A stretch of 64,000 bases of DNA from Stegostoma tigrinum (GCF_030684315.1 NC_081357.1:57461517-57525516), one strand, 5' to 3'. Positions 24,251 to 38,236 are shown, numbered from the stretch's first letter. The notes: a model not told the origin generated them from the sequence alone. Numbers and translations are program-made.

Positions 24251-24444
24251 TGAAAACAGATGGCAGTACAGAAAAGATCTTGGCATTCTGTAAAAAAAGG
24301 CCTATATTATTTGGAAAGAATCTGGAAAATGTACACATTACAGTTGGATTCTATGCAGTTGAACAGGTGAAAATGTTTGCATTCCCGTTAGGTTAGTGCC
24401 AAAGAATTCAAGTTGGGAAGAAGATGTCGAAAGGAGTATTAAAA

Positions 24445-24535
24445 GCTCCTGAGATGCTGCTTGGCCTGCTGTGTTCATCCAGCCTCACATTTTATTATCT
24501 TGGAATTCTCCAGCATCTGCAGTTCCCATTATCTC
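24445..24535 (+). mobile_element. 5'-truncated Penelope pseudo-LTR lacking the ribozyme core
   Basis: gctcctgagatgctgcttggcctgctgtgttcatccagc...ccagcatctgcagttcccattatctc, flanked by ttaaaag on both sides. Confidence 0.8.
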
Positions 24536-25808
24536 TTAAAAGTTGCTTCAGCTTCTTTTCAAAGGCTAAACAGAATATGCAACATTAAGGGCATTTTGGT
24601 AAAAAATAAACATTAAAAAGTTCAAGAAGCAATGGATATCCCTATGCTATTATACGGTTCTTAGTGGTGGAACATGTAAAATGTCAATAAGCAAAACACA
24701 CTAAAAGCAGAGATTAAATAGTGGATCCAAATATGGGATTAGCTAAAATGCAAGAATGATACAATACAAACATGATGTGGACAAGAATCACAACAACTAA
24801 AAATCTAAGAAAGGCGACTGTGATTGTGAAAAATGGGATTATTGAACAGGTTTAAGTAGCAGATGCTGCACTCAGATACTCCAGTCAGATGGAAAGTTAG
24901 GCACCTTTTCTCTGTGATGTTTCATCTTAACAGTACTCTCACAGCGCTGCTTTGGCAATGAGTGGTACTGATGTTTCCAACACTAACAATTGCTGAGGCT
25001 TTCTGAAGAGCAATTAATGCCCAAATATGTGCTGTAAACTGCTACGTGCTAAAAACTTGCTGAAGCATCACATGTTTCATAAAATATTTTGACTTCAGAA
25101 TTTTTAACCTAATGTGCCGGATTATATTTTAACATGTTGTGTCATCTAGTTCCAAACATTTGAGAGACAGTTTCAAAGATGGGATCCAGATGGAAGCTGT
25201 GCCACTGTTCAAAAGCATCAGTTTTTATAGATTCATATCAAAAGCGTTTCCTTGAAGTGACATTTGGAATCAGGTCAAAAAGTGTGACAGAAAAACAGAA
25301 AGCACAAGTGATGTATAAATATTTTTGACCATAGGGTTGGTTCACTTTTACTAATCACTAATCACTAATCAATGAATGTCATGTGAGAAGGATGAGGGTT
25401 ACAGCAGATTTTTGTAAACAAGGATACTGTCAGTGACATCATCGAGGATAAAGCTTTGTTTACATAAGTTTGGAGTTGTTTTTCCTGGCAATCCATCACA
25501 GCATTTGTGGTTCCTGAGATCACGCTGCTATTTATCATTTTTTAAAAATTAAATTTGAAAGGATTGAGAAGTCAAATGCGCACAGTGAAAATTCCATTGA
25601 CTGCAATAATGAGGGATTAGGAAGCTTGAGTGGCTATTTAAAATAGGTCATTTTAATGGCGTCGAAATTCTGCATACGTGTGAAGAAATCAATAATAATG
25701 CAAATAATAAACTGGACTGAGAGTTTCACGTAGGTTAGTAAGTCGCACAACAAGGTGATTTGCCTGACGCACATATTGGCAAATTATCAGGAGCAGGGAT
25801 AATTTGAG

Positions 25809-26115
25809 TAGATTAGATTAGATTCCCTACAGTATGGAAACAGGCCCTTTGGCCGAACAAGTCCGCACCATGCCCTGAAGCATCCCACCCAGACCCATCC
25901 CTCTATAACCCACACACCCCCGAACGCTACAGGCAATTTAGCACCTAGACTGCACTTCTTTGGACTATGGGAGGAAACTGGAGCACCCGGAGGAAACCCA
26001 CACAGACACAGGGAGAATGTGCAAATTCCACACACAGTTGCCAGAGGCTGGAATCGAACCCGGATCCTGGCGCTGTGAGGCTGCAGTGCTAGCCACTGAG
26101 CTACCGTGCCGGCCC
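25809..26115 (-). mobile_element. HE1-type V-SINE, full length
   Basis: Reverse-complement homologue of 16321-16638 with a (tagat)n tail on the plus strand. Confidence 0.95.
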
Positions 26116-26619
26116 ATAGTACACATAGATAAGTTTCAGGTCAGTTGAATGCTATTTATAAAAAACCTGAGGTCGGTTTCCCAGCATTTTAGAGCTCCTG
26201 ACCATAACGCAGGAGTCAGTTTCAAATGAACACATCTCTTATATTCGCTGAAGTTGGTAAATTAGCTTGTAAGTACAATTTGAAATTCTCTCCGAGGAGG
26301 AGGACCAATTTAGCAAGTTTCCACAGAAATAAAGACATGCCTTTTGTTTTAAAAAAAGAAATTGGATACTTTTTGAATATTAGAGAGTGCTTTCAACATT
26401 ACATAAAAAAGGTTCTAAATAATCTGATCAAATTAAAACTAAGACTAGAAAGCAGAATCTCACTTTTCCTTTTGAAGTTTCTCATCACAAAGCCGAGTGA
26501 ATTTTATGTTACTAACCCTGCCTGATCATTTACAGAGTCAGCTCTATTGGTTAAGAGGGCAGAAAGAGTCCAAACACAGGGGTCTGCTGTCCATCTTTCG
26601 CTCCTCATCTCTTATGAGA

Positions 26620-26905
26620 AGAGTCAGAGAGATGTACAGCATGGAAACACACCCTTTGGTCCAACTTGACCATGCCAACCAGATATCCTAAATTAATCCA
26701 GTCCCATTTGCCAGCCTTTGGCCCATATCACTCTAAACCTTTCCTATTCATGTATACACCCAGATGTCTTATAAATGTTGGTATTATGCCAGTTTCCACT
26801 TTTCATTCCATATGTGCACCACCCTTTGTGTGAAAAGGTTGCCCCTTAGGTCACTTTTAAATCTTTCCCCTCTCATCTTAAACCTATGCTTTCTAGTTTT
26901 GGACT
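26620..26905 (-). mobile_element. CR1 3' fragment
   Basis: KTRKHRFKMRGERFKSDLRGNLFTQRVVHIWNE followed by the 3' UTR. Confidence 0.85.
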
Positions 26906-27234
26906 GACTCTCATTGCTCCAATTGACTGACTGACTGCTTCCAAGCCCCTGGATTAGTATCGGGGTGACCCATGATGTGTTGTGCTGGGATGTCTTTGGG
27001 AAAACTATCACATTTGACTTCACTGAGATCAGCTGACAACTATGAAAAGCTGCCTTCTATGATATCTGCAGAAAATGGCACAGCAACAGTAATATGAGCT
27101 TGGTATCTCTTGCTGACCTTGTTTGGTCCTATATTTCACCATGTCCCACTTTACATAGACACCTAAAAGATTATACCTTTGACTTATGTGGGCAGTGTGT
27201 TACTGACTATAAACAGTCCAACAGTTCTCTGTCC

Positions 27235-28490
27235 AGGCTTCCACCAATATTCACTACAAATCCACCGACTCCCACAGTTACTTTGACTATACATCCTCAT
27301 ACCCTGCTTCCTGTGAAGACTATATTCCATTCTCCCAGTTCCTCTGTCTCTGTCACATTTGTTCCAATGATGTCAGCTTCTACGTTGGGGCCTCCAAAAT
27401 GTCCACTGTTTTTCTCAACTGAGGATTCCCTATCACTGTGGTTGACATGGCCATCAATAATGACTGACACATCTCCTGCAATTCAATCCTCACACCCTCT
27501 CTTCCCTCCCACAACAATTATAGGATATCTCCAGTCCTCATTTATCACCCCACCGGCATCTGTGTCCAAAGAATCATTAGCTGTCACTTCTGCCACCTTC
27601 AGCAAGATGCTACCGCTAGACATATGTTCCCCTCTTTTCCCTTGTCAGCCTTCCACCAGGATTGGTTCCTCCACTTGGTCCACTTCCCCACTTCCAACAT
27701 CTCCCTATGCCATGCCAGAAGGTGCAATACCTGCCTGTTTTCCCCCTCCCTCATCACTATCCAAGGCCCCAGGAACACCTTCCAGGTGAAGCACTGATTT
27801 ACCTGCATCTCACTCAATTTAGGTTACTGTATTTGCTTCTTACACTTTAGTCTCCTCTACATTGACAAGATGAAATGTAAACTGAGTGAATGCATTGTAG
27901 AATAGCTGTATTCTGTCTGCAAAGATGACCCTGAGCTTCCGGTTACCTGCCAATTCAATACCCTACCGTGTTTCCTGGCACATATCTCTGTTTGCTGCAG
28001 TGTTCCAGTGAAGGTCAGCACAAGCTGAAAGAACATGTCATTTTCCTCTTGGGGATCCTGCAGACTTCAAGACTCAATATTAAATTCAATAATTTTGGGG
28101 CCTGAGCACATTTCCCCACTTCCTTACCCTGAACCTCACACACCAAGACCCTGTAATCACGAGTTGCCACCACAAACACCCGATTGTTAGCTGGTAAAGA
28201 CCCCCATTAGTAACTATCCATTCTCCCAGACTGACCTTTACCCAATCCTTTGTCTGCCCAACTCTTCTTTTCTAACTCCGGGCTCCATCTCCACCTTTGG
28301 TTTACTCCTGCCCCTACCTCAAACCCCTGTTTTCAGCATTTGTATCTAGCTACAATCAGTTCTGAAGTGTCACTGGACCTGAAACTTTGACTCTGCTTTC
28401 TCTTCACGCATGCTTCCAGACATGCTGAGTTTAACCAGCAATTTTTAGTTTTGTTTCTGATTTCCAATATCTACATTTCTTTGGTTTTTC
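27235..28490 (+). mobile_element. Penelope-like (Neptune-type) element, 5'-truncated: RT C-terminus, Cys linker, GIY-YIG, 3' pseudo-LTR
   Basis: Reads TNIHYKSTDSHSYFDYTSSYPASCEDYIPFSQFLCLCHICSND, CHARRCNTCLF and GPRNTFQVKH*FTCISLNLGYCIC...LLYID. Ends in ttctgaagtgtcactggacctgaaactttgactctgctttc, the terminus shared with 14115-14320. Confidence 0.88.
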
Positions 28491-28644
28491 CAGTTCCAGC
28501 TTTCCCTGTTCACATATCTGGAGGTCAATTTAATAATTAACAGCCATTGTCTGTTTCCCTCTAACCTTTATTTCATGTTGTTGATACAACAAGCAATTCC
28601 GATTTAAATACAATTCATTTTTCATGTTGTGCTGTTGCACTCAC

Positions 28645-28819
28645 CCAAGAATGTGTTCACAGAGCAGTCGGCAGTAGTCACTGTGGGAGCTGGTAATTAA
28701 CAGCAGCACTTTCCCAGCATTCTTCAGTTTCCTCAGCCAATCTTTCACTGACTCAGAGCAACGCAGTAAGTATTTTCCTGGATCTTTTTTCACTGATGGA
28801 AAATATATTCCAGAGTCTT
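28645..28819 (-). CDS. NT5DC1: Internal coding exon of 5'-nucleotidase domain-containing protein 1 (equivalent to human exon 7)
   Basis: Translates as (E)DSGIYFPSVKKDPGKYLLRCSESVKDWLRKLKNAGKVLLLITSSHSDYCRLLCEHILG, closely matching recalled vertebrate NT5DC1 (ENCGIYFPEIKRDPGRYL...LKNAGKILLLITSSHSDYCRLLCEYILG). Polypyrimidine acceptor ...ttctcaatacag|AA at 28820/28819 and donor GG|gtgagt at 28645/28644. Length 175 bp, no internal stops. Confidence 0.95.
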
Positions 28820-29597
28820 CTGTATTGAGAAAAAGGAAACAGACAAATGTCTGATAATGTTTTATACTACGTTTTGCAATTAATTTCAAGGCATGTGAAT
28901 CAGCAATTAACCTAATTGCTACATTTAACAGCCCATTTTTATGTTAATTTGTCTTTGATACACTATTTAACTTTGTAATATGATAATGGCGGACATTCTG
29001 CCTAAGCCCATATGTTTAATATTGGATAATGACTTGTTTCGTAGGCTGTTGTGAAGTCTCTTTGTAAAATTAAGATTGGCATTATTCATTCATTATCTAC
29101 CAACATGTGCAGCTAAGTACGTGCAGAAGTGTTCATTTGGTTAACACATCTTCAGAATAAAGACAATCTTCCACAAGAAGTGAATTTGAGAAAAAAGGTT
29201 GCTAAGTGGAAAAAAAAGTTCCGAGGCTGTTTATGTTTTGTAAACCTAGCAACAACTAAATGGAAAATAATCGACAGTGATGACAGGGGTTATGGCATTG
29301 ACATCTGCAACTTGTTTGTTTACTCTGTAATTTGTTTACTCTGTTCCTCAGATAACTGTTCATTTACACTCCAGTTCCTCTGAGGCAGTATATTGTGTAT
29401 ACTATCTTGGCTGGATTTCCAGTTCTCTAAACCTACTAAGTAAAATCAAAGTACCTCAGGTGTCTTTCATGCTTACTTTCCCCATTTTGTGCAGCGCTTG
29501 AAGGGACTATTTATCCATCTATTTCCTCCTGCAGAGTTTTCTCAAGTTATTTCACTTCTACACCGGAGACCAAAGTGTTAGACTTTCATGAAGAGGA

Positions 29598-30070
29598 ATG
29601 AACGAATGAATTAGCTTATTGTCACATGTATTCAAATCAGTACAGTGAAAAGTTTATAAGTTGCCACTTACAGTGCCACTTTAGGTGCAAATATGCCTGG
29701 GTACAAACCTTAGTCATAGAATAGAGAAATAAAGAAAAAAAATAAGCTACATTACAGCTATAGAAAGTAGGTTGGAAAAAAAAAGCAAAGTTAAAAAGAT
29801 AAATGTCATAGTCTCTTTCCAAAGGCTCTGTGCAGCAAACCAATGCAGGGGGCCTTCGACGTGGTCTGACTGCTGGCCGCTGCCATGCTCCGCAATGGGC
29901 TGCTATTGCCATGCTCCAACATCAGGCCACCACCCCCGCTCGACACTGGACCGCTGATGAATGGCATCCTGGCTCTGGCCACCACTGTACTGGCTCTAGT
30001 CTCTAGTGAACCTGCTCTGGCCACTTGTTGGTGGCGTCCCCACTCCACCTGCGGGCGTCCCTGCTTCAGA
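29598..30070 (-). mobile_element. Probable non-autonomous retroposon with GC-rich body
   Basis: Minus strand ends ...tacatgtgacaataagctaattcattcgttcattc (short-repeat tail resembling Rex/Babar-type 3' ends), and local GC jumps at 29820-30065. Confidence 0.4.
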
Positions 30071-30444
30071 TAAGGATTGTGTGGATCTCAGACACTAGCA
30101 TGAACCAACTGGACCAAATGAGCTGTTTGTGTGCTGTAAATTCAAGACCATGTTATACAAGCTCCTCTATTAGCTCCAGTATACCAATAACAATTTACTG
30201 CATGAATGCAAAATGCAAAGTCTAATCCTTTCGCAAATTTTCAATAGTGTGTTCAAGGTAATCTTAAAACTAAGGTCTTTTAAACTTTAACCTTGAAACA
30301 TTTAGTATACGGAAAAATAATGAATAACTTGTTATTCAAAGTATGCAGAAATAGAAAAGCTGAAACAGGTTATATGGCTCAACTAGTTCGCATTGGTGCT
30401 TATTACGTCTAAATGTAGTATTGTAAGGATTGCTGGGCTGTGTA

Positions 30445-32030
30445 TGAAGACAGATTAGACTGACTGAACTTGTTTTCCTTGGAGCAAGAGAGATTGAGAC
30501 GGGACATGACTGACATGTATAAAATCATGCGGGGCACAGACATGAAGAAATGTTTCACCTTGATGGATAGACTAATGGGCAAAGATTTAAGTTAAGGAGC
30601 AGGTCACTTAGAGGGGTTGTGACGAAATAGCTTTTCACCCAAAGGATGTGGGAATCTGAAAGTCATTGCCTGTAAGCTTGGTAGAGACAGAGGGCTGAGG
30701 GGTGACCTTATAGAGGTTTATAAAATCACGAGCGACAAGAACAGGATGAACAGCCAAAGTCTTGTTCTCAGGGCGGGGGAGTCCAAAGCTAGAGGGCATC
30801 AGTTTAGGGTGAGAGGGGAAAGATTTAAAAGGGATCTAAGGGGCAACCTTTTCTTGCAGAGGGTGGTGCATGTATGGAATGGGCTGCAGGAGGCGATGGT
30901 GGAGGCTGGTACAATTACAACATTTAAAATGTATCTGGATGGGTACATGAACAGGAAGGATTTAGAGGGATAATGGGCCAAACGCTGGCAAATAGAACTA
31001 GGATATCTGGTTGGTGTGGACATGTTGGACCGAAGGGTGAATTCCCCTGCTGTCCAACTCTATGACTCATGAATTGGGTAAATGGGTGAGTGGTAGCAGA
31101 TAGAGTCTAATTTGGATAAATGTAAGGTATTGAATTTTGGTAAAACAAACAAAGGCAAAATTTACACAATCAAAAGTTAGCCTTGAACACTGTTGTAGAA
31201 CAAAGACCTGGGGGTTCAGATACATAATTCTTTGAAGTTTGCATCACATATAGATAGGGTGTTTTAAGAAGCTATCTAGCATGTTTGCCTTTATTGCTCA
31301 GAACTTTCAGGATAGGTACGGGGTTCTTATATCATGGTTGTATAGGACATTGGTGAGATCTCTTCTGGAGTACCATGTCCAATTCTGGTGTCCGTGAGAG
31401 GAAGGATATTATTAGGCTGGAGAGAAGTCAGAAGAGATTTACCAGAATGTTGCTGGTAATGGAGGGTTTGAGATGTAAGGAGAGGCTGGTTAGGTTGGGA
31501 CTATTTTCCAGTGGAACATAGGAGGTTAAGAGGTGACCTTACAGAGGTTTATAAAATGATGAGGGATATAGACAAGGTGAAGGTTAAGTGTCTTATTCCT
31601 GGGGTGGGGGATTTCAAGACTAGGAGGAACATTTTTAAGGTGAGATTAGAGGGACATGAGGGGCAATTCTTTTATGCAAAGTGGTTTGCATGTTGAATGA
31701 ATTTCCAGAGGAAGTGGCAGATGCAGGCACAGTTACAACATTTAAAAGACATTTAGATAAATACATGAATAAGAAATGTTTGAAGGGATATGGGAAAAGT
31801 GCAGGCAGGTGGGACTAGTTAGTTTGGAATTTGGGTCAGCATTGTTAAAAGGTCTGTTTCTGTGCTATTTGACTCTATTTAAAAACAACGTGGATGTATG
31901 CTCGTGATGCCAAAGTATATAAGGCTATGGACCAGGTGCTGGAAAATGGGATTAGAATAGTTTGGTGACTGTTTTTGTCTGGTGCAGACTTGACGGGCTG
32001 AAGAGACTTTGTGCTGTAGACGTCCATCTC
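30445..32030 (+). mobile_element. Stack of three CR1 3' fragments (two nested in an older one)
   Basis: Outer copy breaks at ~30690 and resumes at ~31876. Inner copies at ~30691-31068 (ORF 30746-30973) and ~31069-31875 (ORF 31511-31696). Confidence 0.85.
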
Positions 32031-33099
32031 TCTAGGATAAAGATGAAAACTGAAGAAGGGTGTTCTATCCTTTGGCTGGGAATGCTGTTTGGAATTCTGG
32101 AGGTAATTGGTGACACTTGGTTATAATTTAAGACTCCTGTGTGTCACAGTCAGTGGTTTCTTCATTTCTTCTGGAATGTCTGCAGAAGTGAGCTCAGTTG
32201 GGCAGTGTTCAAACCAAGCATGCTCCAATTACTTAATATGGTTCTGATAATGAGGTTCATGAAAATGTTTAAACAGTCAGGGTAAAATTGAAGTGTAAAG
32301 ATCTATATTTTTTCCTTTCCCATTTACATTACCCCTGAAAGAACAAAACACACTGTTCACTCAAAGGTGATTTCTTCTGATACCTGCTCACTAATCTTCT
32401 CAGTCCAAACACTTTAATCAAATGGGGTTATGAGGTGGATAGGTTATCTGTCTTTTTGGGTCTGAGTCCATAATGCTCTGAGATGTAAAGGAAAGTAGCA
32501 AGACCACAGCAAGCTATTTAAAAAATTTCTGAAGGTGTTGTGTCACCACTGGAAGGGTGACATGTGCCATCCAAACAGCTATTTGTATACACTGAAGCCC
32601 ACAAGCATTTTACAGCAAGATAAGAAAGATTGCAGTAAGGAGTCTAAATCTGAAACCTTGCCAACTTCAGTTTCCGAGTCCATTAATGTTGAATCCAATC
32701 ATTGCAAAGTTACCACAGGTCACTATAATGTATTTTAACCTAACACTGAAACTCTGAACTGTGCAGCTTGGCAAGATTTGTGTCCTCTATGTAGACATGT
32801 CACTTGGATGATCTCAGACTTCTTTTTATTGGCAACATTTTTCTTCCAGCTCATGATCACAAAATGTTGAGAGCATCCCAGGTGGCTACAGTAACAATCT
32901 TAAACTTGGATTAACACAAAATGCACATCTGCAGCTATATAAAATCAATTCACTTGTAGTACATGTGGCTATATTAGATCCTTCTGCTTCAACCTACAGG
33001 GAGCAAAATACAGGTCTGACAGATGATGAAGAAAATAGTTAAATCATTGTTTAATAATTGAAGAAAATGTTTCAAGTTTATTTTTATCTCGTCCAGAAA

Positions 33100-33490
33100 A
33101 GCTCTGCAAACTTTGTAGGATTCATTCTGTAAGGAGAACTGAATACCAAAGTAGTAGAATTATGCTTCAGGCATACAGGGCATTAATGAGAATAAATCTG
33201 GAGAAGTGCTGCCAGATGAAGTGGTGGAGGCTGGTACAATTACATTTAAAAGACATCAGGATGGGTACATGTATAGGAAGGGTCTAGAGAGCTATGGGCC
33301 AAATGATTAATTTAGGATATCTGGTTGGCTTGGGCAAGTGAGACCAAAGGGTGTCTCCGTGCAGTACATCTTCATGGGTCTATTAGTCTCCTTATTTAAG
33401 GAAGGGTGTAAATTTGTTGGAAGCAATTCATTAAAGAGTTGCTAGGTTAGTAGCTGGAATGGTGGGGAGTTCCTATTAGGAGAGGTAAGA
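33100..33490 (+). mobile_element. CR1 fragment with a nested CR1 3' tail
   Basis: Outer copy resumes at tagtctccttatttaaggaagg after an inserted tail at ~33205-33382. Confidence 0.65.
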
Positions 33491-36400
33491 CAAGTTCGTA
33501 TCATTCTTGCTTATTTTATTTAGGTGGTGAAACACAGTAAGTCAGTGAAGCTTCTTCATTAAAATCACAATTCACGTAAAAAGCAACTAAAAGTTAACTT
33601 GAAGCAAAATGTCTGTAAAATGGTATTGAAATCAAAATATCTATAATGTACCATCGTATATATTCTGCCAGCATTATTTCCACACTCTATGTGCTTTTAA
33701 TGCATGAAACACGTACCAAATGGCAAAGAGAATGCGAAAACGGCTAAAATGTTAACATCGTGAATATATTGGGCTAAAGGTAAACTGTATCTGATAAAAC
33801 ATTAGCAATCACTAGCAGAAAAAGTCTGGTATTTTATAAGGGCATTACTTGCATTGACTAAAAGTATAATTTTTTTTCCAGTCATCCTTGGGATACAGGC
33901 GTGACTGGTAAGGCTGGCAACTGTTGTCTATCCATCCTTCCTGTGTGTCATCAATAGGCACAGGATCCACCAGGTAACTGAGGTGCTTAACTTGTAAGGT
34001 TAGTTTCAGAGAAACTATTTCAACTGCTGCAGAAATCCGGGGCAAGAGTTCAACAGACTGTGATTGTTATGTTTTTCTCACTGTATTCACTGATATGGAC
34101 AAAAACTGGATATTGAAGTGGAGGTACATATTGGTGATGACCTTACGAACAGACATGAGAGGCTGACTCGTCCATACCCTTCTTTGACCTCATGAAGAAA
34201 CCTTATGGCTCACTTTCAGTAGTCTCTCCTCCCTTTTAGAACTTTAAGACCTCTGAAATCAGGGCACCCTCCCACTTCGACTGAGTTTTGCAGGAGGACC
34301 AGGAAATGCCTGGTTAGAAGAGACTGGCAACCACAAAAAGCTATTGCCCACTGCTCCAGGCTCAACGAGCAGAATTTTAGAATAAGGCCTGGTGGTTAAA
34401 ATTGGCATGACCTCATTTTGTTGCTAGCAGACATGAATCTAAACAAAGCCAGCAATTTCAATTGAAGTCCGCAGTGATACACTCTTATGTTACTCCCCCA
34501 TGAGAAACCTTGAGTCGGAGTTAACGTCATCATGTAGGCAAAGCAATTCTACCTGACTCTTAGGGCTTATGACACTAAATTATCTATTGAATGGTGTTTG
34601 AATCTCATCTGATTGGATGAAAGTATGAGCACTTTGCTATCAACATGGTCAGAAGTGAATCAAATCTGGGCAGTCTTTTCCTAATGCTTTGCGATCATAA
34701 AGCTGCCGATAATTTGTTTTAGATTAACATTAAATTGGCATCATCACTCAAAACCCCGAACGGTGGTTGGCGTGAAGCAGAAATGTTCAATATATTCTGA
34801 TAATGGAAGTTTACTTCAGTTTTGTTTGAAGATACATTGCTCATCATAAAAGACAGATGCAGTATTGTACTTTTTGAATTGTGTTTTTTAAATCTGGAAG
34901 CTTAGTGCTGAAATGGAGATAAAACACGGGCCAAGCCTATGTTTTGTAATTCTTAGAATCACAGAAGTCTGGATGATTGATGGAGGCCACTTGGTCCTTA
35001 CTGGCTGTGTTAGACTGGAAGAGCTGTGTATTTCATTTACTTGGTCTCACTCAACTGTTCTTTCTCATATCCGTTTAAATATGTATTCTCAATTATTTGT
35101 CCATTTTCCACTTAAAAGCTATTATGGATTCTGTGTCTGAGAGCACAACAAACGAATGCCTTGCCAACTCTTGGTACGAAAAAAATTATTTTAACTTCTT
35201 GGCATTCTTTTGGTGATCATTTTTAACATATGCCTTTAAAAAAAGTTACGAACACAGGCCAGTGGAAGTAGTTTTTTTAAAAAATTCAGTTTATAAAATC
35301 CCACCCCTCTCAGTTTTGAACTCTTAGATTAGATCTTCACTCAAAGTTATTTGCACAAATGAAATCAGCTCCAGTTTCTCTTGCGTCTTCTCCCAATTTA
35401 TGCCTATCATGTCTGTTATTGTCTTATCTTCAATATACTTTCTCTATGTGGACCTGGCACCCTTCAATTTGAAGAATGCTTTGTGAGACACATACAGAAA
35501 GCACAGCTAAATAAACAAGTCACAAGGATGCAACAGTTCCAACTTTTAATGGGAATAAGTTACATTCACCTAAGCCTTTTAATATATTAGAGGTCTTGGA
35601 ATTTGCCGTTGTAACTTGTCAGTTCAAAAGTTAAACAATAATTTCAGAAACCTCAACTACAGTGTAACAACTATATTATACCACAGACGCTTTTAGAAGA
35701 ACAATAGAAACATATCTTCAATATCTAATCTGCGGAAATTAGTACCAGGAGGATCCCACTAACACCAGTTGTGTGGCGTATGTGTGACAGACACTGTATT
35801 AAACCGAACAACTGGACCCTGCCATTACAATTTTATAGAATCAAGGTTCAACTGCATGCCATTACAGCTCCCCACAGTGGTATGAATCTAAACTACAAAA
35901 CTGCCATAGAATGAAGCAAGTAATTGAACACTATTGTACGACTGTGTATGTATCCAGGAAAATATGCAACTGTATATGTAGGCAAACAAAGTGAGAAGAA
36001 AACCTCTATCAATAATTAAATGTTCAATTCTGTCAGGCCCACACACAGACTTTAATACAACTGTAATTTTTTTATTGCTGTTCAATGATGTGGAGCAAAA
36101 ATAATTTTAAAAATGTCCTTGCAGTGTTGCAGGTCCATGTGTAAATGATATTGCCACATCTTCTGTCCTCAATAAAGTGATTCTGGGCAATACCCAGTGT
36201 AGCCCAGAAATCATGAGAAAGCTTTATGTTTTTTTTCTCTCTATTGTCTCCTGCAATCAGTGACCAAAGGCAAAATCTTCCCAGCGCCTGAGCGACATGA
36301 GCGTCAGCGAGAAAGCTGACAAACTCACAGAAGATCAGTTGTGAGAAGCTTCCCACTGTTGAGAACAAAATTATTTTTCCAAACAAATAGTGAATGCCCA

Positions 36401-38236
36401 CATGAGATTCTTGCTAGTGAGCAGTGAAGAGGCCTGTTTATGAACATTAATATACATTAACACCCTCACTGTTTGATTACCTCACCTCATCGATATACAG
36501 TTTTCCCTTTTCCCATCTGAAGAGAAACTGGATGGTGGCAATTGAAATGAAGGTCACAGCAATTATCTAAAGACTCTAGCTTGCCACTGGCTCCTCTGGC
36601 CCTCCCTCAGTCACCAACACCTCAGGGCATGCTCCACGAGCAGCATCTACCTCCCTTGCAGAAGTTCCCTCCAGGTCTGCATTGACAAATTGAGATGCCA
36701 ATTCCCCACTGTCTGACATGTCTGGGCCAAATAAAACAAACCATATAGCCCAGCCTCAGGCTTTACTAGATACACAGCTGAGTGTTAAAGGTGGCATCGA
36801 TGCCAGGAATCCTGGGAGGTCCTGACCATGGCCAGTCATCCCAGCTTGCAGTGAAAGGGAGAATATGATGAGGATGGTGGTAAAGGGATGTGGTGCATAG
36901 ATAACGAGGTGTGATTAAGAAACCCTCCACAATGTGTGCCATAAATAACACAGCCATTTTCTGGTAAAGTTTCGCCTCAAGTACAAGCACCTATTTGCAT
37001 AAAATTAACATAATGATGCCAAAAAAAATTTCTCCACTGTCACTACTCAGTAGGGAGCCAAATGTACAGTTTAAAAAAAATCCCCAGGAAAAAAAAGTCA
37101 ATAGTAGACAATAGCAATCACAGATTGAACAGAATCTGGTGGTCTTTGAATACAAGGGTGAGAGGGTCTTTCAAATGTCCAAACAATTGAAAACAGAGTA
37201 TCGCATTGCAGATGCTGGAAATCTGATACAATAATAGAAAATTCTGGAAATATTCGTCAGTTTGGGATTATGGTCAGCATGGACTGGTTGGACTGAAAGA
37301 TCTGTTTCTGTGATCTATGACTCCATTAGCATCAACGAACAAAAGAGTCAACACTGAATTCGGACTTATCAAAACAACATTTGATATGTTAATTCCCTGC
37401 TTTCTGACTCTGCTCTAAGCAGCAGCTAATGATTACTTTTTACCCTTCACCCTCATCATGAATGCTGAGCTGCCTGAGGTTCCCGGTCCTGGTCTGACAG
37501 TCTACTCAAAATACGTTAGTGAGGCCTGACTTTAAAAATGATAATGACCTCTTGAGTGCTGTCCTCATGTTGTCAAGTCTAATTGCTGTCCACTTGAAAA
37601 CGTGTCCTCCTTCCAATCACCACCACTCCCCACAACCTCAGATCTTCCATGTATATTGGAAAATACATTTTTATTCATTATAGTTGCCCTCTTTCCATCT
37701 TTAATTGAAGTTTCTAAGAAGTATAGCTGGGTACATTTTGTGATGGCCTCCCCAGCATTATAGTCCGTGCTGCATCTTTGTGTTATAAATAAATCAATGC
37801 ATCCACCTTGATGTACAACTTGCCAAAACTGCAGCTTCTTAGAGAATAAGGGAATTTCTGAAACTAGACCAAGATAAAAAAAATCAACCGCTCAGGTACA
37901 ATGTTCCCACTGTGTTTCTTCTTTCATTTGACCTGTATGGTATGTTCCAGATTCTTGCATAGTTGCATATGTACCCATCTTAAAGGGAACCTTGGTTGTG
38001 CATCGGCTGAGCGCTGCACTGCCCAGTATGTTCTGGTTTGCAGTGTAGCCCTGCACTGAGGTAGCATGGGGGGAACATTCTGAAGAAAATACAGTCATGC
38101 GCAGAATAGGACTATTTCCCACAACATATTGCCCTTTGACTAATTTTATTCCTATCAATTGTTGTGCACTGGGAGGCCAGTTGTAGCCGTCTCCTGCATC
38201 AACTGAGCTGTAAACGAGTCAATACAGATCTGCAGA

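Noticed and set aside
27094-27789. 231-aa Ser/Pro/Thr-rich ORF as a novel gene
   Set aside because: It is an off-frame reading of the Penelope relic; the RT and endonuclease motifs are in other frames.
28820-28889. N-terminal part of ORF 28641-28889 as coding sequence
   Set aside because: It lies upstream of the splice acceptor and is the intronic polypyrimidine tract.
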